Source: the human T2T-CHM13v2.0 reference genome, Homo sapiens. From it: 64,000 nucleotides of DNA. The DNA lies in NCBI RefSeq assembly GCF_009914755.1, contig NC_060926.1; one strand, given 5' to 3'. A program made the position numbers and the translations under genes. The notes beneath the pieces are model-generated. The model searched no databases. It saw only the letters and a list, made by a program, of their open reading frames with translations, and was not told the origin of the DNA. The first letter of the stretch is position 1, and each line of letters begins with the position of its first letter. Positions 49,816 through 61,359 of the stretch are shown here, in pieces.

Positions 49816-50170
49816 GCAGGAGAAACTCGACTACATTTAAAGGAGAAACGGACAAATCTACACTTATATAGGAGTTTTTAACATACTTTTCTCATTATTA
49901 GAATAAGCAGACAAAAACTCAGTAAATACAGAGATGATTAAACATTAAATATGTAGATCACTGTGCCTCACAATTCCCAAGCAGACATTCTTTTCAAATA
50001 CATACAGAACATTTACTAAAAAAGACTATCTGCCATCTGTAAAGTAAGTCCTAACAAGATTTTAAAGACATGAAATTAAACAGGGTATATTCTTTGCTGC
50101 AATGGAATGCTGCAATGGAATTAAACTAGAAGTTAATGACAAATTTACTAAAATATCCTTATGGATCTTG

Positions 50171-50954
50171 AGTTGAAAGTGGCAACTCACGAATGACAAG
50201 GTTCATAGATTTGGAAAGGAGAGCTTTATTTCTCATAAAGGGTTGGAGCCTGCAGGGTGGCTATTCTGACAAGCTGGAAAGGATAGCCTCTGGCCAGAGC
50301 CAAAAACAGACACTTAGAGGGAGGGACAAAGGGAAAAGGAGTTTATGCTAAGCAGAGTGGCCAAATATACATATTTAATAAGTTATAGAAAGAGTCATGA
50401 GAGGAGTACCTGGAACCCATGTAGGAGCATGAAGCTCAATTGCACATGTCCATGGTTCTTCTATGAGAAGAACATGTGCAATTGAGAAGAGAACCATGGT
50501 CGTGTGTAATTGAGCTTCATGCTCCTTCATGGATCCCAGATACCAAAAAACAGCTGTGTTAGTATCATCCAAAGTGGAGATTTTAGCCCTCTGACACCCA
50601 AGTTGAGGCAGAAGATGTGAAAACCCTTCCTGTACATCATCAGTAGACTGACCTGACCCCTCCATGGTTGGTGGTCTCATATTAAGAAGAAATCCTGGCT
50701 AGTTATGCTGAAACCACAAAAAGGAGTGGGAAGCATCAGGTGGTTGGTTGATAACAATGGTGGGGTCTTTTGAAAGGGCTGGTTTCTGTTTAGCCGTTTG
50801 GGAAGAAAGCCTCATTGTGGTTATCCAGGGAGAGGGTATCACGAGGCATGTCTGACCTCCTTTCCTGCCATGGCTGATAACTCAGTTTTCAAGATTTCTC
50901 TAGGGTCCCAAGTCTTCTCTCTTGGGAGCTTAGAATTTCATTTTTTATTTCTCA
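50171..50954 (-). mobile_element. MER4-group ERV1 solo LTR (MER72-like)
   Basis: gaatgacaaggttcata...ggaaaggagagctttatttctc...gaggcatgtctgacctcc...cttagaatttcattttttatttctca. Confidence 0.65.
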
Positions 50955-50970
50955 AAACCAAAGATGTACA

Positions 50971-51282
50971 TTTTTTTTTCTTGAAACAGGGTCTTACTCT
51001 GTCGCCCAGGCTGGAATGTAGTAGGAAAATCATTGCTCATTGCAGCCCTGAACTTCTGAATTCAAGTGGTCCTCCTGTCTCAGCCTCCTGAGTATCTGGT
51101 ACTACAGATGCATGCTACTATGTGCCTGGCCAATTTAAAAAAAAAAAAAAGTAGAGACAGGAGCTTGCTGCGTTGCGCAGGCTGGTCTCGAACTCCTGGC
51201 CTCAAGAAATCCTGTGATTATTCCCTCCTGCTTCAGCCTCTCACAGTGCTGGGATTATAGGCATGAGCCACTGTGCGCAGCC
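50971..51282 (-). mobile_element. AluJ
   Basis: Diverged Alu; degenerate TSD aaagatgtacattt/aaggatacacattt. Confidence 0.88.
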
Positions 51283-53026
51283 TACAAGGATACACATTTT
51301 AAAACAATCGATAAGTCAAAGAAGAAGTTGCAATTAAATCAAATATTTGGAAAGAATGAGAATATGAAATACTGCATGTAAAACTTGTGAGATGCGGCTA
51401 AAACAGTGTTCTGAGAGAAATTTGTGTTCATAAATGCATACATTAGAGGCTATAAACGTGATCTAAGTTTCTATATCAGAGATTACATTAAAAAAACTAC
51501 AAACCCAAAGCAAATAGAAAGGAGAAAGAAATAAACGAGCAAAATTTAATGAACTGGAAAAACAAATATGCAATAGAGAAACTCAACAAAGCTGAAAGTT
51601 GATTCTTTTGAAAAAAAGAAACATGTATAAAATCGATAAACTCCTCTCAAGACTAATCAAAACACAAGGAAAATGAGGAACAAATAACTATATTGAAGGG
51701 AAAAAGCTTGGATAATCACACTTCCTATAGGGAGTGATAAGACGATAAGGAGACATTATGATCAAGCTTATGTCAATAAATTTATAAATTTAAATAATAT
51801 GGACATATTTTCAGAAAAACACAACTAAATCCATAAAGAAATAGATAGTCTGAATAGTACTATAACTATATAAAAAATTGAATCTGTAATTTAACACATT
51901 TCCACATACAAAATGCCAGACTTAGATGGCTGCACTAATGAATTTAAAGGAATATTTATGAAAGCAATAACATTAATCTTGCAAAACTTTTTCAAAAAAA
52001 TAGAAAAAGAAAATATTTCTCATCTTGTTTTTGAGACTGTTGTAATAATGGTACCCAAATTTTATTTGGTTATTGCAAAAATTAAAGGGAAATTATAAAA
52101 CATAGATGTATATTCTTAAATAAAATATTAGCAAACACATTGAGTTATTAAAAAAAAGCACAATCAAATTGGATTTAAAAAGAAAATGCAAATTGGCTTA
52201 TTTAAAAATTAATTTCTATAATTTACCACATTATAGTTTAAAGGAGAACAATCTTATGGTCATTTTGATAAAGAAAAAAATTAAAATTTAATCTCCATTC
52301 ACATAAAAAATCTTGCCTATACTGTAATAATTCTTGCTTGGTATAAAGTTAGCAAACATCATAAAATTAAGTTTTTTAATCTGAAAAAAGTATCTAGCCA
52401 AAACTGTAGTAAACATTATAATTAAAAGCAAAATATTGAAAGTTTTTTCTGAATTCGGAAATGAGACCCTCACCACTTCTATCCAACATTATACTAGAGG
52501 TGGTAGTCAGTAAAATGAAGGTAGAAACAGAACTAACGTGGATTAGAAGAGAAAAAACAAAACTGTAATTAAAAAAATATTAAAAATCCAAACAAAGAAA
52601 TCTCAAATGATTTAGAAATAAATTTATACAGTATATGAGAGAGATGAACAAGTTTCTAGATTCCTGGTCAATATAAACAAATGTATTTTTATATACTGGC
52701 AACAAACAAAAATGAAATGTAAAAAAATACCTTTGATAAAGAATTAAAAACATCAAATTATTAATAATCTAATTAATGAAGTATAAGACTCCTATATATA
52801 ATAAAACCTCACTAAGAGAGATGAATGAAGACTTGAGTAAATGGAAAGACATGTTATGGATTGGAAACCTAATAATCTCAATTATCACCAAATTGATGTA
52901 TTGGTTCAGTGCACTCCTGATCAAGACTCCAGTTGGTTTCATTTTGCTAATGGACCAGCTCACTCTAAAATGTTTTTAGAAGTTCAAGTACCAAGAAAGC
53001 TAAGATGATCTTAAATAACAATATAT

Positions 53027-55310
53027 TGTAGCCACCCAATGAGCTTTCCTTGCCCACTGCCCAGAAGAGCCAATCTATTAAGACAGGGAAATTACAATAG
53101 AGAAAGAGATTAATGCACTCAGAGTGGGCTAAATGGGAGACTGGAGTTTTATTACTCAAATCTGTCTCCCTGATAATTCAGAGACTGGAGTTTTTTCAGG
53201 ATAATTTGGCAGGTATGGGGCTAGGGAGTGGGAAGTGTTGACTGGTTGGGTTGGAGATTAAATCACAGGGAGTTGAAGCAAGAAGCAAGTTTTTTTGCTG
53301 TCTTCTGTTCCTGGCTGGGATTGCAGACTTTGTTGAGCCTGATAACCAGTCTGGGTGGTGCCAGCTGGTCCATCAGAATGCAGGGGCTAAAAAATATCTC
53401 AAACAACAATCTTAGGTTTTACAATAGTGATGTTATTCCTAGGAGCAATTGGGAAGGTTAAGAACCTTGGGACTCTGGCTGCATGACTCCTAAACCATAA
53501 TTTCTAATCTTGTGGTTAATTTGTTAGTCTTACAAAGGTAGTCTGAGGGCCAGGCAGGACAGGTATTGTTTCAGGAAAAGGCAGCGCTTGTCAGTCTGGA
53601 GTCACTGATGTGAAGACACTGGCAGCAGCTGTGTAGGAGGGGCTGGGGCTGTGCACTCCGGGAGAGCTGGTGGGGGGTGGTAACAGGCAGGAGCCCTACC
53701 ACCTACTGAGTTGATGGAGCAGGAGTCCCACGTTCCTGGGCACAGCTGCAGCCACCCAGTCCTGGCTCTAGACCCAGGCATCCCTGCACTCCTGGGGGCC
53801 CAGGAAGCCCCTGGTCCCTGCAGGCTTGAAAGTGCCTGCTCCTGTTGTCTGGCCTCTCCCCACTCCTGGTGCCCACTCCAGGGTGGAGCAAAGTTGCAGC
53901 TGAGCCTGGGCACTGTGGTGACCTGGCCAGGTGTGCATATACTCTAGGTGGTGCTGACACACCAGCTTCCTGCTTCTTTAGCCCTCTCTGGACTTTGGGT
54001 GCCCAAGAGCATGGGAGCGAGGCCAAGGGGTATTGAGGGTGGCTTAGCACAGTCTCACAGGAGCCCTTTGGCCTGAACAGCCTGTGTGCTGTGGACCACA
54101 TGTTGATGGCAGCTGGAGGCAGACAGACAGGCTCCTGTGTGGAAAGGGGCGGGTCCCTCGTGAAGCCCCACCTTCAAGCCAGGGATGACCTGAAGCCTGA
54201 GGGCTGGGCTCAGTTCTGGGTGGAGTCCACTGCCTGGGGTGAAAACTTATGGTGCTTTTTCTGGGCCTGCCCATGACTGCCCATGGGCCAATCAGCACAC
54301 ACTTCCTCCCTTCTGAGCCCATAAAAACCCCAGACCCAGCCAGACTCATACAGATGTGGGGACTACTAGCTGTGGGAAGAGCTACCCACTCTGGGTCTCC
54401 TCTCTGCTGAGAGCTGGACACTTGTTGGGACTACCTGCCTGGAGAAAGGAGCTACCCACTTAGGTTCTCCCAAGAGCTGTTCTGTTGCTCAGTAAAGCTC
54501 CTCTTTGCCTTGCTCATGCTCTAGTTGTCTGTGTACCTCATTCTTCCTGGATGTGGGACAAGAACTTGGGACCTGATGAATGGTGGGACTGAAAGAGCTA
54601 TAACACAAACAGGGCTGAAATGCTTCCACCTCCCCTACTGTCCATGTTGGGAACAACAAGATGGAGAGAAGAGCTGTGGCCCTTCAGGGAGCCCAGACCT
54701 AGGGGCTCCTCAAACCAGGGCTGTGACACCCTCTTTGAGGCTCTGTGGTTCCTGGTATCTCCAAGTTTCCAGGCACCACTGCATTCCCTGGTGCTTGTAG
54801 TGGAAGTGATTTGTGGTATACCTGGTCTAGATACAGCCTGGCAAGAAACCAGTGCCCGTGCTGGTGCCTGGAACTGCCTGCCCTGCTGCAGCTGGCACGT
54901 ATGGTTGTGAGAAGTGGCTGGACCCCATGGTTGCTCACACACCCCTCACTGCTCTGCGCTTGGCTTGCCCTTAGCAGGTGTGGGATCTGGTGCCAGTAGT
55001 GCAAGCCAAGTGCAGCCTGCCAGGCCCAGTGGGTGGAATGAACCCAGTGGGCCCAAGCAAAACTCAGGCAAAGGTGCCACCAGCCACAGAGGTTTCTGGC
55101 CAGAAAAGTGACACCCTAAGGATCCCAAGACATTTCCAACTTTGTTTCAAAGTTAAACTATGAACTAAATTCCTCCATAGTTAACTCAGCCTACACCCAG
55201 AAATGAACATGGGAAGCTTGGAGGTTAAAGGCAAGATGGAGCCAGTTAGGTCAGATATTTTTCACTGAAATAATTTTCTCACTGTTATCACTTTTGCAAA
55301 GGTGGTTTCA
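53027..55310 (-). mobile_element. LTR8-family (LTR8B-like) solo LTR, split by MER52
   Basis: tgtagccacccaatg...tttgcaaaggtggtttca; TSD atat at 53023-53026 and 55311-55314. Confidence 0.85.
53590..55132 (+). mobile_element. MER52 (ERV1) solo LTR
   Basis: GC-rich ~1.5 kb LTR with ccaatcagc, cccataaaaacccc and repeated gagctacccac; ends cagaggtttctggc...gatcccaagaca. Confidence 0.85.
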
Positions 55311-56087
55311 ATATTGAGAGGGTTTACTCTACTATATGTATCAATACTTATAAAGTTGCAATAGTTAATATGGTATACTATTGATGAACAAACAAAAATA
55401 AACAGAATAGAAAGTCCAGAATTGTATTCCTTTTTTTATGGACACTTGACATGACAAAAAATTAGCACTTTGAAGCATTAAGGGAGAACTCTTGAAATGG
55501 TTCTGGTTCAACTAGACATTTTTAGTAATAAAAAAATGGAACTTAGATCCCATTTCCCACCAGACAAAGAATTAATTTCAAATTAGTCATAGAGCTAAAT
55601 GTAAAAACAATTAAAATGAAATGAGAAAGAAACCACACTTTGGGAAACTCAGTTGTAATAATGACCAGATTCTTTGATGATATCTAGTTCCCACATCAAG
55701 GGTCTTTATATGTAGTTACACGTCTCCTATGATAATTTGTGACATGCCACTCATATACTTTCTTGTCTTCCTGCTTTTACTATTAATTTTTCTTTGGTTT
55801 GGAACTCATAAGAATATCTTTTCTATACTTTCTCAGCCTATGAAAACCCTGTCCTTTTCTTACAGATTCAGGTTAAATTCCATGTATCTGTAGAGTGCTG
55901 CCTAATATTCCCAGTCTGAATGAAGGTATTATTTCCCCTTACACTCTCCCTCATCACAGAGTTTCTATTTTACTTTCATTTAATGTAGTTTGTTTTGCGT
56001 ATGTTGCTCTTTAGTCATTCCACCAAACTACAAGTTCTTAATTGCAGGGGTTAACTTTATCCATCTGTGCATTCCACTGCATTCAGC

Positions 56088-56486
56088 TGATTAGTTAGGG
56101 TAGTTTAAATTTTGCCCTGGAAACAATAGGCCCCCAATATTAATGAGTTATAACAAATGTTTATTTCTCATTCATGCTTCATGTTCATCACTGTCAGCTG
56201 GGGATGCTCTGTGTCTTCTCATTTTGGAACTAAGCTGAAGGAGCAGCTACTGTTTCAATCTTTGCCAGTGGTCTGGCAAAAGGAAAATAGAACTGTTGAA
56301 GGTCTCAGAAAGGCAGTTAAGTGATCTTTCCAGAAAATGATCATATCACAAAAACTGGCTACTTAAGGGAAGAAGTATCATGGGTTTCCTCTTAAGCAAA
56401 AGGCAGGCCAGGAAATATAGTCAATATATGTGCCCAGAAGGGCAGAGTACTAGAAAAACTCAATGAACAGCTCTAATGACTATAAC
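56088..56486 (-). mobile_element. Old MLT1 (K/L-type) LTR within L2 sequence
   Basis: ttagttagg...tttatttctcattcatgc...gctgaaggagcagc...gtgcccagaag...gaacagctctaatgacta. Confidence 0.6.
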
Positions 56487-56876
56487 GCCACCACGCTATT
56501 TCTCGTATTTATAATAAATATGTGCTGAGAGAATAAATGAATGAATCAATCAAAAACTAACAGAGCCAATATGAATAAAATGAAAATGTGAACTATATAA
56601 AGATATACAATTCTATTTAGTAAATATATATTTATGAACAATAGAATAAAAAGAAAATTTTGAAGAAATTCTAGTCAATGAAATGTTTATAAGCTTTTAA
56701 AATCTTTTCCCTTAATAACTACTTGATAGCCTTCTTTATTACATTACAGAGCTATTACATAAATTTAAATTACATATTTTGCTGTAAAAATACATGCAAA
56801 AGGAATGACAATTTTGAACGTGATTTTGGTATCCATGTTTCTATGAGTAGAAATTATCATTTTACCATTGGTGGTT

Positions 56877-57090
56877 GTATTAGACAACTCAGATTGCCAT
56901 AACAAAATACCACAGCCTAGCTGGATTAACCAACACAATTTATTCTCACAGTTCTGGAGGTTAGAAGTCCAAGATCAAGGTGCCATCAGGATTGATTTCT
57001 TGTGAGGCCTTTCTTCCTGGCTTGCTGTGTCCTCAGATGGCTCTTCATCTGTGTATGTGCAGAGAGAAAAAGATTTCTCTGGTGGCCTTC
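56877..57090 (-). mobile_element. MLT1A/B LTR fragment
   Basis: tgtattag...gccataacaaaataccacag...cagttctggagg...gaagtccaagatcaaggtgcc. Confidence 0.8.
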
Positions 57091-57289
57091 TAAAAAAAAA
57101 TCAGTCTTCAGAGGTAAATATTTTTCCTAAGATTTGTATTGCCACCAATATGTTATACATTATTGTATTATACTATTTCTTCTCTTTTTATACTATTCTT
57201 CTCTTATTATCTTCTCTTTTTAAACTTCAAGATCTTTATTTTGAAAATGCTCTCTGTTTCATTCCATTTAGCTTCTTTTTTATCAACCT

Positions 57290-58350
57290 GTGCAACTCAT
57301 AAATCTTAATAATTAAGTCTTCAAACACTCAACTCAAACTGGCTTAAGTAAAAAGTAAATTTATTGGCTCTGTTAATTGGAGCCAATTATTCAAATATAG
57401 GCACCAAACTTCAGGTTCAACTTGATCAAAAGCTAAAGACTCCCTCTCCAACTCTAGAAATTGCCTTTTTTCCTTTATTGCTGGGAACTAGGAGCCAATA
57501 TGACCACCCAAATTTTCACACTGTTGTATTGTTTCAGCAAACCAGTGCTCTGTGTTCTTTTATGAGACAGTCAGATGTAGTCACAAGGGCAGAAACAAGA
57601 GAGGATCAGGAAAACAAAGCTTAAGATCACAGGTCCTAGAAACAGGAGGCACAGTGCACCAAATAGGGCCAGATGGGAAAGCACCATGGTGGGTCCGGAG
57701 GCAGAGCTTGCAGGAGATAGGAGGGTGCCCAGGCCACAGCCTTTAGGGGAGTTTCTGCAGGAGGCAAGATAGGTCCCAGTAAAGAGTTTAGGATTGGTTA
57801 GTTTGAATAATGTCAGTGGGCTTTAAGCTAAAGGGGTGTTTCCTAGTTTCCTGGTACCTAGCCCTGGAATGATTAAGGCAGAGGAATATTGCTCTCCTGA
57901 CAGGTATGGGCCAGACAGAGGAGGCATGACTCTGGATTGGTTGGTTTGCATATCAAAGACATGCTCTTGGCTGAACCTTTGCTCTCTCTGGAATTGAATA
58001 GCCTTGGGAGATGCAGTCTCTCTCTAGCCAGAAAGATTATTAAGGTGCCAAAACATCATAATATATAGAAAATAAAAAATACAAATAATATACCCAGCAG
58101 GAAAAAACAAACATAAATGACTATTTTATTTCCCCTGATAGTTTGGACGGTGTTTTTGTTTTAGCCTAATTTGACCATGGGCCATGTGCCCATATTGAAC
58201 CAATCTCTGTGGTGAGGTAAATGGAATATATTGACAAGTCAGGCCTTGTTACTGTGCCCATTCATGAAGCTCTAGAAAGTAAGGTGATTGTGGCTGAACT
58301 GTATAGATTGTTGATGATTTTCCACAAGAGAAAATCCATGTGACCTTACC
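57290..58350 (-). mobile_element. Old MLT1J-like LTR, split by a MER74-like LTR
   Basis: caactcaaactggcttaag...tttattggctc, then gccatgtgccc...gaaccaatctctgtgg. Confidence 0.5.
57576..58092 (-). mobile_element. MER73/MER74-like ERVL solo LTR
   Basis: Shares ggattggttagtttgaataa, ggtacctagccctgg, ggttggtttgcatat and atagaaaataaaa with the other two copies. Confidence 0.7.
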
Positions 58351-58764
58351 ACATAAAGGGGAACAAATGCTGGACAATCCAAAACAATTTAAGGCCATTG
58401 CACAGTCTATATTTGAGTTCTTTCAGTTTTGATCCTAAATTAGGACTGACACCACTGAAAACCAAAACTGAAGTGTTTACAATTTTTTTCTGCTTAGATA
58501 TAAAGATATCTGCATTCCACAATAACACATGATTTTGTCAACACTTTGACTTTCTACATTACTTTAGATCAGACTGATATCTTCAGTTGATTTGGTCATG
58601 TTTGTAAATCAAATACAATTGAGGAAACATGATAAGAACATTGAACATTTGTGCCCAGTAGATTAGGATAACTGGTGCATGTAGTTTATATGTCTTATAT
58701 TAACTACTTGTTCTAAGATCAACTAGTTGTTGTAAGAGTAAAAAGTAATCAATAGTTGGCTTTT

Positions 58765-59055
58765 GGCAGGATGTGGTGGCCCACGCTTGTAATCCCAGCA
58801 CTTTGGGAGGCCAAGGCAGGAAGATAGCTTGAGCCCAGGATGTCAAGACCAGACTGGGCAACAAAGTGAGAACCCATCTCTACAAAAAATACAAAAATCG
58901 GCTGGGTGAGGTGGCATGCACCACTAGTCCTAGCTACTTGGCAGGCTGCGGTGGGAGGATTGTTTGAGTCCAGGATGTTGAGGCTGCAGTGAGCCAAGAT
59001 TGCATCACTGCACTCCATCCTGAGGCGATAGAGAGACTCTATCTCAGGAAAAAAA
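58765..59055 (+). mobile_element. AluJ
   Basis: gcttgagcccagga and aggctgcagtgagc; degenerate TSD aatagttggctttt/aaaagttgcatttt. Confidence 0.9.
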
Positions 59056-59910
59056 AAGTTGCATTTTAATAGTTGTGAAGTGACACAAGAATACCATAAT
59101 CAAGGTTGCATTTTAAATAAAAGCATTTGTAATGATATAAAGGGAGAAATACATAAAAGATGAAAAAGAAATAGGGCAAAATGCAAAATTCATTGTATGT
59201 GAGTACCTTCTCCTGAGGCAGATTCATTTTTGTAATTGCATTTTGGGAAGTTTAGCATTTGTTATTCCCTTAGCACACACTGGATAGTCAGCAAAGGAGA
59301 CAGCAGGCAGTGTAGTTGGGAGTGTGGTGGAAAGGCAACACAGAACTCAAAATTTACCACAGAAAAATCTAACATGAAGAATCTCCCTCGCTCCAATTTG
59401 GTCAATTAAAAGTAGACAATGGTTGACAAACACTGATATAAAGGTGGTGGCATCTTACTGTTAACATAGGTATACTCTCATCTCATTGCACGTTGCTTAC
59501 TGCAACCATAAGTAATGGAATGCGTTGACAATTGGTTTTACCAGGAGTGGTACCCAAGCTCTCTCTCCTCCACAATGACCTGCCCGCAAAAATTATCCAT
59601 CTCTTCACCTGGCCACTAAACTGTTTCCTTACTGCAAGTCAGCTCAAGTTTTTGAGATGATAGTCTGAGAGATAATCTACTGGGATAGTGGGAAACAAAG
59701 ATACTTTTAATCAAGGAGATCTTCTTTACAATTTTTGCTTACTGCAGGCTGCTGTTTGATCTTTCCACTTTACAAAAGAGAATGTTTTGAAATCGCAAGC
59801 CTTCTGCCACAACTTTTAAAATGTTAAATGCTAGATATGCATGCTTTCTTTCTACTTTACAAATAACAATGTTAGTAATGAAAGTTAGTTGCCTTTTTGT
59901 AATACCTACT

Positions 59911-60320
59911 TGATACAGTTTGGATGTTTTGTCCCCTCCAAATCTCATGTTGAAATGTGACCACCAATGTTAGAGATGGGCCTAGTGGGAGGTGTTTGGG
60001 TCATGGGGCAGGATCTCTCATGAATGGCTTGGTTGTCTTCCTGATAATGAGTGAGTTCCACTATGAGTTCATGGGAGATCTGGTTGTTTAAAAGAGCATG
60101 GTACCTCCTCCCTCTCTCTCTTGCTCTCTCTGTTCCCATGTGATATATCGGCTCCCTCTTTACCTTTTGCCATCACTGGAAGCTTCCTGAGGCCTCCACA
60201 GGAGCAGATGCTGGTGCCATGCTTGTACAGCCTAATTTGTGAGCCAAATAAACCTGCTTTCTTTATAAATTACCCAGCCTCAGATGTTACTTTATAGCAA
60301 TGCAAATACGCTAACTTTAA
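59911..60320 (+). mobile_element. MST (MSTA/B) MaLR solo LTR
   Basis: tgatacagtttggatg...gagcagatgctggtgccatgcttgtacagcct...ttacccagcctcag. Confidence 0.88.
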
Positions 60321-60339
60321 TACCACAGTAGGCCAAAAA

Positions 60340-60490
60340 CACATTATCTAATTTAATTCTGCTACAAATCCTGCTAAAATAGTATTCTTATTTTACTGAT
60401 GAGAAAAGTAAGATTCAGGGAGATGAAGTAACTACTTTAGCGTTACACAGTAACCAACTGGGAAATTCAAGCCCAGGTCTTTTTGAATCT
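60340..60490 (-). mobile_element. MIR
   Basis: attttactgatgagaaa...agatgaagtaact...ggaaattcaagcccaggtct. Confidence 0.7.
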
Positions 60491-60974
60491 TTATTTTTTA
60501 CTTTTATTCATTCTTTAAACTGTAAAAGAAGTACAAGTATCTAAACTTAAAACATGGAAATTGTAAAATATTTTAGGAAAGAACCATTTACGTATTGTTT
60601 TGGATGTATTTTTCCATATAAATTATAGTGAGGCAATAAATATGTGTAATGTCCCTAATCACTGAGATACAGTTATATGGTATTATATACATACATATAA
60701 TGGTATTACACACCATTATATGGTATTTTCTTTGCTTGAGTGGATGTAGCACAAATGATAATTTACTGTTAAATTTATGACTAGACAATTTTGATTGTAT
60801 GCTAAGTAAGCATTTTTTGTGGTTTCTTTAATGTACATTTGACATTGTCTACTAAGATAAACTTCAGCTGTTCTGTCCAACTAACTTAGAAAAGAAATTA
60901 ATATGTATTTATTCAAGTGCTTAGGAAAATTATCAATTCAACAAACTACAATTTTGTTTTAGACATGAATAACT

Positions 60975-61290
60975 GAAGGTGGTGGGAGGAGGGTAGAGAG
61001 ATGTTGGTCAAAGGATACAAAATTTTCATTAGATAAGAGGACTAAGTTCAAGAGATCTGTTATGCAACCTGGTGACTATGTAGTTGATAACAATATATTA
61101 CATTCTTGAAAAATGCTAAGAGAGTAGATTTTAAGTGTATTCACCACAAAAATGATAACTATGTATGGTAATGCAAATGTCGATTAGCTTTATTTAGCCA
61201 TTGCACAATGTATATCTATTTCAGAACACCGTATTGTACACAATAATAAATATGTTTTTTAATTAAGAGAAAACCAAATAAAACATTTAA
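60975..61290 (+). mobile_element. L1MA-type 3' end
   Basis: ggtcaaaggatacaaaatt...aagttcaagagatct...gctaagagagtagattttaagtg. Confidence 0.8.
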
Positions 61291-61359
61291 AAAGAATACC
61301 TATTTTTCACAAACTCAAAAAAAGAAATAAATAATTAAATTAGTAGTTGATATAAATAA

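Larger units (their letters stand above)
49820..55625 (+). mobile_element. Old L1M (L1ME-type) ORF2 remnant, fragmented by nested LTRs and an Alu
   Basis: ORF2-like fragments (MPDLDGCTNEF..., EDLSKWKD...) continue collinearly across the insertions. Confidence 0.75.

Noticed and set aside
53602-55163. Dense overlapping 60-130 aa ORFs and high GC suggesting a gene or CpG island
   Set aside because: They lie wholly within the GC-rich MER52 LTR, CpGs are decayed, and no domain is recognisable.
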